Sequence record: KU726251.1
Length of the DNA: 64,000 nt
Strand: one strand, 5' to 3'
A program made the position numbers and the translations under genes. Under the pieces are notes generated by a model that saw nothing but the letters and a program-made list of their open reading frames with translations, was not told the DNA's origin and did not search any database. Positions 25,978 to 34,378 of the stretch are shown piece after piece. Every line of letters starts with the position of its first letter. Position 1 is the stretch's first letter.

Positions 25978-26577
25978 ATGAAAAAGATTTATAAAATTGC
26001 GGTAATCGGTTCTCGGAAGACTGATGAAGATACCATGTCTGAAATGTACATGCGATTGTTACGTGGGTTTAATGCGCTGCACGCCAAAGGCTACACGATT
26101 CATTTTTCTTCTGGCGGCTGCTGGTGTGGCCCAGACCAATTGCAATTCCGATTTGCCCGACAGTGGGCGAATACAATAGACCAGAACACTGGCAAGAAAG
26201 TGGTGTGGGGTGACGAGTTCATCTGCTATTTACCCGATGAGAAAAAGCTTTGGCTCAAGAAACAGAACCCCAACGTAGAGTTCCGTGTAATCCCTCAGGA
26301 CGACCGCTATCGTGAGATAGTAGGTAAGCTTCATCCCGCGCCAGAAAAGCTCCAGGAGTTCGCCTGGGCGCTTCACGGGCGTAATCTGAATATAATTATG
26401 GGCGATGATTTAGCAACGCCTGTAGACGCAGTCTATTACTCTGCGCCTTTAGATAAACAAGGTAATCCGACCGGCGGTACTGCAATGGGCGTAAAATACG
26501 CTAAGCAGTGTGGTATTCCTTGTTACCACCATGCGCTTGAAGGACATCTGTGGCTTGAGAGCTTGTGCTTATTATGA
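25978..26577 (+). CDS. SLOG superfamily (DprA/YspA-like) nucleotide-binding protein
   Basis: IAVIGSR, SSGGCWCGPD, GGTAMGVKYAKQCGIP motifs. Confidence 0.75.
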   Translation: MKKIYKIAVIGSRKTDEDTMSEMYMRLLRGFNALHAKGYTIHFSSGGCWCGPDQLQFRFARQWANTIDQNTGKKVVWGDEFICYLPDEKKLWLKKQNPNVEFRVIPQDDRYREIVGKLHPAPEKLQEFAWALHGRNLNIIMGDDLATPVDAVYYSAPLDKQGNPTGGTAMGVKYAKQCGIPCYHHALEGHLWLESLCLL

Positions 26578-26607
26578 CCACGTTGTCTTTAATCAGAGGT
26601 CGCTGTT

Positions 26608-26880
26608 ATGCAAACAACCGGTTTAGCTCGTCGTTTGTGGGAAGCCTTCTTCCCCACGCCATCAAAACCCATTAAGAAGGTGACTAGCCTTCGCTTGTTC
26701 CCAGGCACCGAGGATGAGTTCTTCGATTACCTGGAACGGCATGGTTTTGATTCGAAAGTTGCACCGCAGGAAAATGACCCAATTCAGACGGTCTACACTA
26801 CACCGGATACGGGTGAAATATTTGCTTTGTGTGTTCGCTGGCCACATCGTAATTATTACTACACTTTGACGCAGATATAA
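26608..26880 (+). CDS. Hypothetical protein (90 aa)
   Basis: RBS GAGG. Confidence 0.7.
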   Translation: MQTTGLARRLWEAFFPTPSKPIKKVTSLRLFPGTEDEFFDYLERHGFDSKVAPQENDPIQTVYTTPDTGEIFALCVRWPHRNYYYTLTQI

Positions 26881-26890
26881 GGAGCAGGGG

Positions 26891-28024
26891 ATGTCGACGC
26901 TCGATTTAGATTTAGAAGTCCTGACTGACGACTACGATCGCCTGGTCGCACTCGAAGGTCTGGGAGTTAAGCCCGACTTCCCTGCGGTTTGCGCGATTCG
27001 TCAGCGTTGGTGCTTAACCGACGACGGTGAAGATATGTTGGTTGCTCGTGAATCGCGTGAAGCGATGGAGCGTGCTCAGTTTATGACTGATACCGACCCG
27101 CGGGCTGGCATCCATCGCGCAGCAGGGCGCATTACTGCGAAAGCTGTTAAAGGCGCTGGAAAGTTGGTGGGTGCTGGACTAGGTGCAACCGCAAAGGGCG
27201 CGGGTAAACTTTCGAAAAAGCTCGCATTACGCTTTTACGATTTCGCGGAAGCGCTAGCGAAAGAACAAGCCGACCGTTTGAAAGAAATAACTTCGAAAGC
27301 TGCTTTCATGGAACGTAAGCTCAATAAGCTTAAAACGCGAATGTCGCTGCTAGATGACCACAAAACACTCGCTGCAGTTGACGTTCACACGAGCAGCTGG
27401 ACGTCTAAAATTTGTTTTGAAGATCGACCCGATTTTGAAGCGTGTGTTCAGTTTTCTAAACAAACAAATGCGTACGAAGGCGTCGTGCAAAAGTACACGG
27501 TTTACACACGCACTGCTCTGAAGAAAAGCAAAGCATTCGAAGGGCCGGGCTTAAAACAAATCAGCAAGTCCACAAACTGGGCAGTTAAGCGTGCCGCTGG
27601 ACTGCTTGGCATCATCGATCCCTTTAAAAAGGTGGAAGCTTTTCCTGTTCCTGGAAATATCGTTGTGGTTGAGCACCATAGTGGTAAGATCAGTTGGGCA
27701 ATTGCGCGTGACGGCGATTATGGTGAAACCATTAAATCGCTGGATATGCATCAGTGTGGGAAAGCAATAGAGGCTGTGGAAGCACTTATCAAATCTATTG
27801 CTGCGCGCGGAACAAAGAACCGTGTTGTAGGCTACACTGGTATCTACGAAGAAGTGGAAGCGATGAAGTCCGAGCTTAAGAACCTGGAAGGGGATGAGCT
27901 GAAAGAAGCCACTTTGCGCTACCGCAATGCAATGGCGATGGAAGACGCTTTTACCACGGCATTGGTACGTGTGGCGGAGGGTCTAATGGAATGGACAAAA
28001 CAGTCGTTGGCTGAGGTGAAATGA
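26891..28024 (+). CDS. Putative internal head protein precursor (377 aa)
   Basis: Acidic N-terminal propeptide with ALE-G and ARE-S motifs, then a basic helical body, typical of phiKZ-group head protein paralogues. Confidence 0.6.
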   Translation: MSTLDLDLEVLTDDYDRLVALEGLGVKPDFPAVCAIRQRWCLTDDGEDMLVARESREAMERAQFMTDTDPRAGIHRAAGRITAKAVKGAGKLVGAGLGATAKGAGKLSKKLALRFYDFAEALAKEQADRLKEITSKAAFMERKLNKLKTRMSLLDDHKTLAAVDVHTSSWTSKICFEDRPDFEACVQFSKQTNAYEGVVQKYTVYTRTALKKSKAFEGPGLKQISKSTNWAVKRAAGLLGIIDPFKKVEAFPVPGNIVVVEHHSGKISWAIARDGDYGETIKSLDMHQCGKAIEAVEALIKSIAARGTKNRVVGYTGIYEEVEAMKSELKNLEGDELKEATLRYRNAMAMEDAFTTALVRVAEGLMEWTKQSLAEVK

Positions 28025-28487
28025 TGAAAATTGTTTTTGTCACCAAGCCCAACTCTCCGTATGGAAAGAAATACTACGCGGACTTGTTAGGACTACACAA
28101 CAAGTTATACGACGATCAGAAAATAAAACTTGCCGACTTAAACGGTCGTGAAGGGTTTAATCAAATCTCAAAACTGGAGGAGGTTTGGGGTGAAGGTACG
28201 CTGTGCGCTTGCGCCGTTGATGACCGTGGTGTGGCTGTTGGTTTCATCACCTTTGGCTACACCAAAAAGGGACAACGTTTCCTCTGGGTATATAACTTCT
28301 TTGTAGACGAATCGGTTCGCTCTCAAGCGTCGGTCATGAGTTAATTGAAGCCGTAGAAAATTACGGCAAATCAAAAGGCTGCGCATGGATGCAGCTTAAC
28401 GTGCTCGGTAATAACGACCGTGCTATTGCGTTTTATGAACGTTTCGGTTTTCGAACTGAATACCAGGATATGGTAAAGGAGCTTTAA
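28021..28487 (+). CDS. GNAT acetyltransferase (about 155 aa), one apparent missing G at about 28327
   Basis: Adding one G restores VDESVRSQGVGHELI...LNVLGNNDRAIAFYERFGF. Confidence 0.85.
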
Positions 28488-28488
28488 C

Positions 28489-29097
28489 ATGGTAGCTGTC
28501 CGCAGCGTGCCGCATCAGACTGGCTCGCGATATACTTTTTGTGTAAAGCGTTTTGGGGCAAGAAATCGCCCTGGTTGGAAGGTGGTACGTGCGATGGGAC
28601 AGTTCTGGCAAATACCACCCGGCACGTTAAAATATTTTTCAGTAGACAGAATAATCCGGTTCTTAAACGCGGCTGACCCAAGTCAACGCTCCAGTTTTAT
28701 GGCAGGGATTGTTTGTCGTCCCGATGGGAAAACACGCGATGCTACCACTCGTGGAATCTACTGGACAGGACAGAACGCGTTTCAGGTTGGCTTACCTTGC
28801 CTGAAGTGTGAAGTGACACCGTTTAATGGTCCCTACGCCGATGCGCACTTCACCGGTATCTTTGTGTCGTTCCCAGACGACCCGTCTTTAAACTACTTTT
28901 TATCAGTGGACAAAGACGTCAGTATTGATACCTTTTACAAATACTTGTTGTTTTACAGCCGGTATATCCGCGTGACTCCTGTGCATGAAGATTGGTATTA
29001 TAAAAATCCCTTGAACTATGGGAGGGACAGGAGACTAGAAGGATGTTCTATCGAGAGCTTCAACTCTGTACCGCAGCGCTCCATGGCGCTAATGTGA
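28489..29097 (+). CDS. Hypothetical protein (202 aa)
   Basis: RBS AAGGAG. Confidence 0.7.
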   Translation: MVAVRSVPHQTGSRYTFCVKRFGARNRPGWKVVRAMGQFWQIPPGTLKYFSVDRIIRFLNAADPSQRSSFMAGIVCRPDGKTRDATTRGIYWTGQNAFQVGLPCLKCEVTPFNGPYADAHFTGIFVSFPDDPSLNYFLSVDKDVSIDTFYKYLLFYSRYIRVTPVHEDWYYKNPLNYGRDRRLEGCSIESFNSVPQRSMALM

Positions 29098-29414
29098 GCA
29101 AGAACGGGGACCTGGAAGACGTCGCGCAAGCCTTACGGGCTGTGTCGGAGGTTGACCAAGTCGACATCGACGCTAAGTATTTAGGCGGCGGTGTAAAGCG
29201 TATTCAGTTGACCGTGCGAGCCAAACATGGCAGCTGCTCGTTACATTTTCGAGTCAGTGCGGATTATTTCCTGGTACTGCGCTCCACATTCAGTCACGAT
29301 GGTCGGACTCACCGGGTTCGGTGGATGCACGACATTACTAAATTTGGCTACCCGCTTGCAGAACAACGTAAAGTCGTACATGACTTTATGGCTGCAGTCG
29401 TTGCGGGGTTTTAA
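29094..29414 (+). CDS. Hypothetical protein (106 aa)
   Basis: GTG start overlaps the previous TGA (GTGA). Confidence 0.65.
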   Translation: MSKNGDLEDVAQALRAVSEVDQVDIDAKYLGGGVKRIQLTVRAKHGSCSLHFRVSADYFLVLRSTFSHDGRTHRVRWMHDITKFGYPLAEQRKVVHDFMAAVVAGF

Positions 29415-29423
29415 GGGGAGACT

Positions 29424-30023
29424 GTGATGTCTGAGATGATTCTCGATTCGCTGTTTTTGATTACGGTTGCAAACATCAATAAAAACGGCAATCTTCCAGA
29501 ATACGTAGACATAAGTCGTCATGGCTTTAAGCGTCGTTATCAAATCGGTAAGGTACTAGAGATTGCCTGCTTAGTAACGAACATGCGTAGACCGGTGGAA
29601 GGCTGTAGCGTTAAACATGCACAGATGATACTCGGACGTGCTATTTCAGAAGTACGTCGTAAGCGTCGTCGTGCACCGTATCGCTTTTATCCTAACTCCA
29701 CCAAACAGGTGGTGGGTGAAGGTGAAGGTGTGGTTGATTTGCGTGAGGCCAGTTGTAATGTAGGTGGTATTGCGCGTGACTGGTTAATGAGCATTATCAG
29801 TAAGCATCCACGCACACCTACGCCGCAAGAAGGACAGGCGGTACTCGCACTTATGCGTAAGACCCATTTGGTGATCACCGATACACCGAATCAGGCAGCA
29901 CGAATGCAGCACTATTTGGCGTGTCGTGGCTTTACCACACTCGCAGTGCCATCAGAATACGCAACTGATATTAAACTTCCGCCAGTCCCCGAGTGGTCTG
30001 AACCGAAAGTTGATCATCAGTGA
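29424..30023 (+). CDS. Hypothetical basic protein (199 aa)
   Basis: RBS AAGGGGAG; ends before a terminator. Confidence 0.7.
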   Translation: MMSEMILDSLFLITVANINKNGNLPEYVDISRHGFKRRYQIGKVLEIACLVTNMRRPVEGCSVKHAQMILGRAISEVRRKRRRAPYRFYPNSTKQVVGEGEGVVDLREASCNVGGIARDWLMSIISKHPRTPTPQEGQAVLALMRKTHLVITDTPNQAARMQHYLACRGFTTLAVPSEYATDIKLPPVPEWSEPKVDHQ

Positions 30024-30028
30024 GTTAT

Positions 30029-30066
30029 ACCCACTCCTTCGGGAGTGGGTCGACTCTATTGTTTTT
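30029..30066 (+). terminator. Intrinsic terminator
   Basis: ACCCACTCC-ttcg-GGAGTGGGT. Confidence 0.7.
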
Positions 30067-30088
30067 CGGATAGATATTATTTTAGGGA
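30064..30088 (+). promoter_or_regulatory. Early-type promoter E4
   Basis: TTTCGGATAGATATTAT-ttta-GGGA. Confidence 0.65.
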
Positions 30089-30180
30089 GACGTACAAAAT
30101 TTACGTTTCATCCTTAGCATATGCTAGAAGCCGTTGTGAGTCGGTTAAAACTCACCAACTTAAACTAAGAGAGAAATACC

Positions 30181-30939
30181 ATGACTGTTAATACTACGAA
30201 GAAAGAGTTCCTGTCCGTCCCCACTGCCTGTGGCGAATATCGTTATGTATTTTTGTATAACGAAGAGATGATCGGTAAGGGCGGGATGCCGATTATGATA
30301 GAGCATAAGCTCATCAGCGCTAAAACAGGCGGTACCGTTGTACATGGCACGACTGAGTTCTTCGCAACTAACGCAACGCGGGAAGATGTTATTCGCGGGT
30401 TGCTGAAAGCACTGCGTGAAGTCTCAGCCAGGATGTTCTTTAAACACATCGCCCGTAAGCCTGAACTCATCCCCGCGTGGAAAGAGTTCGACTTAGAAGC
30501 ACTGCGTGAAGCTGCACCACGCTATGTCTTCATTGAAGAATGCATCAATGCGTATTTTAAAGACGTGATGCAAACCGAGCGATTGGTAAATAAAGCATCC
30601 GAAACAGGAAATCGTTTCTTCCGCAGTGTCAAATTTAAAGAAGACCTCCGGGCTAACTTCAACGATATTGAACTGCGTGTCACCCGCCGCATGACACTGC
30701 TGCGTCCTGAATCAGATACACCGCAGGCCATGTTGTCTTATTCCTTGGCCCCTTCTGCGTTGTTTAACAAACGCGAAGGCTTCAGTGTAATGTCGCTCAA
30801 TTTCACTAACAAGTACGCATTAGGGGAATGGCCGTCATTAAATGCATTCTTCAAAAGTCCGGGCATCAGGCCGGTCATCGAAGCATGGATTGAGCACACC
30901 TGGACACCAGAAATGAAGAACCGCAAGGCTATCGAGTAA
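30181..30939 (+). CDS. Hypothetical early protein (252 aa)
   Basis: Single-gene unit between E4 and a terminator. Confidence 0.8.
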   Translation: MTVNTTKKEFLSVPTACGEYRYVFLYNEEMIGKGGMPIMIEHKLISAKTGGTVVHGTTEFFATNATREDVIRGLLKALREVSARMFFKHIARKPELIPAWKEFDLEALREAAPRYVFIEECINAYFKDVMQTERLVNKASETGNRFFRSVKFKEDLRANFNDIELRVTRRMTLLRPESDTPQAMLSYSLAPSALFNKREGFSVMSLNFTNKYALGEWPSLNAFFKSPGIRPVIEAWIEHTWTPEMKNRKAIE

Positions 30940-30952
30940 TAACATCTAATAT

Positions 30953-30990
30953 CAGGCATCCTTCGGGGTGCCTGTTTTATTTTTTTTTCT
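30953..30990 (+). terminator. Intrinsic terminator
   Basis: CAGGCATCC-ttcg-GGGTGCCTG plus T tract. Confidence 0.85.
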
Positions 30991-31013
30991 TTACGTTTGG
31001 TCGCTATATTGTG
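30990..31013 (+). promoter_or_regulatory. Bipartite motif TTTAC-N15-TGTG
   Basis: Upstream of the dTMP kinase gene. Confidence 0.55.
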
Positions 31014-31676
31014 ACACCACTACAATTAATTAAACTTTTGGGGAAGAATAAAATGTTAAACTCAGTGGCGCTGGATGGTCCGGACTTTTCTGGCAAATCA
31101 ACACTCGCGAAAATGATTCAAGCGATGTTGCGCTCCGCTGGCGTTAATGTCATCATCGTCAATCACCCGACGAATACCACTGAAGCCGGTATTAGTGCAC
31201 GTTCTCTGGTTATCCAGCACGCTTCTAACGAACGCATTGCTAAAGCGATGTGTCTGGATTTCCAATACACGATGGATTTCGTTGTACCAGAGCACGATGT
31301 CGTTATTTTTGACCGTTTTTGTCAATCGACTATTGTCTACCAGGGCGTCGATGGTAAAGGGGAAGTTTTCCGTTCACGGGTATTAGACCACATTAACGCA
31401 CCGAAACTTTACGTGGCAACCGATGTATCCTACGAAACCGCCACAGAACGCTTTAAGAAGCGCGCAGAGGCCCAGGGCAAGAACTGGGATGATGAGGTAC
31501 TGACAGCGAAGTATCTGCGCTCACAGACTGATTGGGACGCGTTACGCGACCACTACCGTTTTGCTTTCCACATCACCACAGATGGCGGCGATAAGTTCCC
31601 GCTGATGCGCGTTACGGCTGACGACGATATAGCGTTACAAGCCGCACGTATCGTTGAACGTATTCTGGCAGGTTAG
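31011..31676 (+). CDS. tmk: Thymidylate (dTMP) kinase
   Basis: P-loop LDGPDFSGKST, FDRF motif, IVYQG; the true start may be the ATG of MLNSVAL. Confidence 0.85.
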   Translation: MTPLQLIKLLGKNKMLNSVALDGPDFSGKSTLAKMIQAMLRSAGVNVIIVNHPTNTTEAGISARSLVIQHASNERIAKAMCLDFQYTMDFVVPEHDVVIFDRFCQSTIVYQGVDGKGEVFRSRVLDHINAPKLYVATDVSYETATERFKKRAEAQGKNWDDEVLTAKYLRSQTDWDALRDHYRFAFHITTDGGDKFPLMRVTADDDIALQAARIVERILAG

Positions 31677-31682
31677 TTGTAC

Positions 31683-31720
31683 CCCTCTTACCTTCGGGTA
31701 AGAGGGTATTGTCTTTTTTA
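31683..31720 (+). terminator. Intrinsic terminator (duplicate of 4526)
   Basis: CCCTCTTACC-ttcg-GGTAAGAGGG. Confidence 0.85.
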
Positions 31721-31740
31721 CAGATCAGAACAGTCCTATG
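31717..31740 (+). promoter_or_regulatory. Bipartite motif TTTAC-N15-TATG
   Basis: TTTAC 31717-21, TATG 31737-40. Confidence 0.6.
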
Positions 31741-31763
31741 CTTTTTGCTTCCAGTCCACTAAA

Positions 31764-31835
31764 TTTCAGATATATATTACTTAGGTGAGAGTTACTACTA
31801 AACTCTCTAATCGACTATTAATCTAAAGGAGTATT
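31764..31835 (+). promoter_or_regulatory. Early promoter E5 with leader hairpin and conserved leader
   Basis: TTTCAGATATATATTAC; stem GAGAGTT/AACTCTC; 27 bp leader identical to E1. Confidence 0.8.
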
Positions 31836-31838
31836 CTA

Positions 31839-32204
31839 ATGCGTTTTAAACATCAAACCGTTGTGTTGGCAAAGAAAGCGTTTTTGGTTCGTCTTTCTTA
31901 CATTATTACTCGTGTCACTGCGAAGGACGTTACGCAGAAAGACATTGCGTTATTAGTAGGCTGCTCACCGTCACAAATATCTGCGATTAAAAATGAACGT
32001 GAGAAGGCCGTGACTATCGAAACATTGATGCGGGTTGCTGATACACTGCGCCTGAATTACGAAATCGTCTACCGTTCTATCAACGGTAAATGTCGTCATA
32101 GCTTTAAAATTGAATCCTGCATCGATTACATGAACAACTGTCCTATCCGGGTACGAGAAACAGGACTTAAAGTCATGGCACGTAAACCTTCTGCAGTAAT
32201 GTAG
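31839..32204 (+). CDS. XRE/Cro-family helix-turn-helix protein (121 aa)
   Basis: TQKDIALLVGCSPSQISAIKNE...VTIETLMRVADTL. Confidence 0.85.
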   Translation: MRFKHQTVVLAKKAFLVRLSYIITRVTAKDVTQKDIALLVGCSPSQISAIKNEREKAVTIETLMRVADTLRLNYEIVYRSINGKCRHSFKIESCIDYMNNCPIRVRETGLKVMARKPSAVM

Positions 32205-32215
32205 GGAGCAAACGT

Positions 32216-32602
32216 ATGAATTGGTTTGTAAATGGTATCACCCGTCGCGTGATGACGGAAGAGGATGATCGATGTAAACATCTTAAAGTGGGCTCTATAG
32301 CCCCGCGCTATACGGCAGAGTGCGACCCATGGGGCCGCGAAACGTATTACATGTGCGAAGACTGCTGGGAAAAACTGCAGGCTGCAATTGCGGCGGAAGA
32401 AGTGGTCTGCGACGACTGCAAAGGTACCTTCCCGAAACGAGATACCGTTGAATGGAAATGGTACGACTTTGACCCCAGACAAGGGGATAAAGAACTTTGT
32501 ATCTGTAATAACTGCGTGTCTTTACCGACACATTTAAACCGTGTAGAGAATGACCGTCGGGCATTTGAACACGACTTTCCAGAAGCAACTTTCTGGGATT
32601 AA
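32216..32602 (+). CDS. Cys-rich Zn-finger protein (128 aa)
   Basis: CKH, ECD, CEDC, CDDC, CNNC. Confidence 0.7.
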   Translation: MNWFVNGITRRVMTEEDDRCKHLKVGSIAPRYTAECDPWGRETYYMCEDCWEKLQAAIAAEEVVCDDCKGTFPKRDTVEWKWYDFDPRQGDKELCICNNCVSLPTHLNRVENDRRAFEHDFPEATFWD

Positions 32603-32628
32603 CTAGTGTAAACCTTAAGGAGTATATC

Positions 32629-33285
32629 ATGGCGAAGGCCCCTAAAACTGTAGCAAAAGATTCAACGGCAAGCAGCGCGGTTAAATCCACAAAGTCGCGT
32701 ACCACTGAATCCACGCGTACATCTAGCATTCCGAAGCCGGATGTGATTGTACCGATCAGCGAGCGCCTGAAAACGATTCACATCGAACGTGAATTTCCGA
32801 TTGACCTTGGTCAGGAAATCGTTGCGGTTAATCTTGGTAGTGATGTCCGCTTTACTATCTATAAAGGCGCGCATCTGAACAACATGGTGCTAACCCGCGG
32901 TGATGAAGTTATCGGTCTGTCTCGTTACGACACGCAAATCGAAAACATCTATCCGGTGTTTGCAGTAGCGATGTTGCGTTTGTTCATGCAGGATAAAGCC
33001 GACCTTTGTGGCCAGCTTGCGGGAATGGCTGATCGTGTTGGCCATATTCTGCCGACGCTGGTGAAACTGTACCCGGTTACGATTGATGTGGCGTTCACTA
33101 CGGTAGACAACAACCACGGCTATATCGTGCTGACCAAAGACGGTAAAGTTATCGCTGGTAATCTGACTGATAACGAAGTGCAGAAGCATATGGACAAATT
33201 TGCGTTCATGGTGAATCGCCTAGTGCACGTCAGTGTCAAACATTCCGAAACTTGGACGGCGCTTGTCTCCAAACCGGAACTGTAA
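32629..33285 (+). CDS. Hypothetical protein with S/T/K-rich N-terminus (218 aa)
   Basis: RBS TAAGGAG. Confidence 0.8.
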   Translation: MAKAPKTVAKDSTASSAVKSTKSRTTESTRTSSIPKPDVIVPISERLKTIHIEREFPIDLGQEIVAVNLGSDVRFTIYKGAHLNNMVLTRGDEVIGLSRYDTQIENIYPVFAVAMLRLFMQDKADLCGQLAGMADRVGHILPTLVKLYPVTIDVAFTTVDNNHGYIVLTKDGKVIAGNLTDNEVQKHMDKFAFMVNRLVHVSVKHSETWTALVSKPEL

Positions 33286-33287
33286 TC

Positions 33288-33318
33288 ATTAAGGGGTCTT
33301 CGGACCCCTTAATTTTTT
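33288..33318 (+). terminator. Intrinsic terminator
   Basis: ATTAAGGGGTC-ttcg-GACCCCTTAAT plus T tract. Confidence 0.85.
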
Positions 33319-33323
33319 GTCTT

Positions 33324-33347
33324 TTTACGCATTATCCTCATGTTGTG
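33324..33347 (+). promoter_or_regulatory. Bipartite motif TTTAC-N15-TGTG heading the GNAT-dam operon
   Basis: TTTAC 33324-28, TGTG 33344-47. Confidence 0.55.
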
Positions 33348-33374
33348 ACAGCAATACCTTTTGAGGGCATTACA

Positions 33375-34372
33375 ATGAAAACTGTGGCTAAATTGTTTCG
33401 CACCAGCATCCGCACTGCCGAGTTCCGAAATAACGTCGGTACCGATACTGTACGAGCACGCCGCCTAAAAGAGTTTCTAAAGGACGAGACTTATTCTGTT
33501 TACGTGGTGAAGAATAAAGAAACCTGGGAGGGTTATTTAGTGGCCACCTATCGACACGGTGACCCTACACTAACCTGTCACTATTTTGAGGAGTTTGTAC
33601 CTGGGGCGTTCGATAAAGTTGGTTTGGCCCTTGTGCTCGACCATACCGGATTCGAATATATGTCGTGTCCAGCACCTACTGACGATGTTGAACAAAAACT
33701 GGTCGAAAAAGGGTTTGTTCTTTCAGATATCGTTTGGGCATGTCATTCTAAACTGTTTGACAAAGTAATCACCGCATCGGAAATCAAGATTATTTCTGGT
33801 GATGCATACGCAGAACTTACCAAGGAAGATAAAGACGTTATCCTGAATTTGATTAGCGGTGCAATTTGCGAAGAGCTAGAATACGATGTGCGTGGCTATT
33901 ATACGCACATTGGTCCGTTAGCAGAAACAGTAATAGCAAGAATTCAGCACGCTAATGTGGAGACTGCAATTTGGCGAGACGGTCATGATATCGTCGGTAT
34001 TGCCAGATGCGCTTGGTTACACCAGGCGTCGTTGAACTTTCTGGTTTAACCGTTGCACCCACGCACCGTAAACGTGGCATTGGTCGCCGGCTAATGGGCG
34101 CGCTATTCGATTTCGCACAACGTCATTCCGACCAAGTCTATATTGAAACAGCTGCTGATAATAATCCAGCAAATCACCTGTATGGCAACATCTTACGTTG
34201 CAAGCAGGTACTGCGTACACTAACGTTGAAACGCGATCCTGAACTTATTAGCTGGAAACGGGTGAATGGAAACCGCGCCGATCGTGTGCTGAAAGAAGAA
34301 CCTAGCTTTCCGGTGGAGACTACAACCAGGCTGACTATTAGTGATATGTTTCAATCTGGCATGAGAGGGTGA
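33375..34372 (+). CDS. Tandem (double) GNAT acetyltransferase (about 332 aa), one apparent missing base at about 34011
   Basis: Degenerate N-domain ending LVEKGF; C-domain GIARC-(A)LVTPGVVELSGLTVAPTHRKRGIGRRL...NNPANHLY after the frame repair. Confidence 0.8.
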
Positions 34373-34378
34373 TAACGG

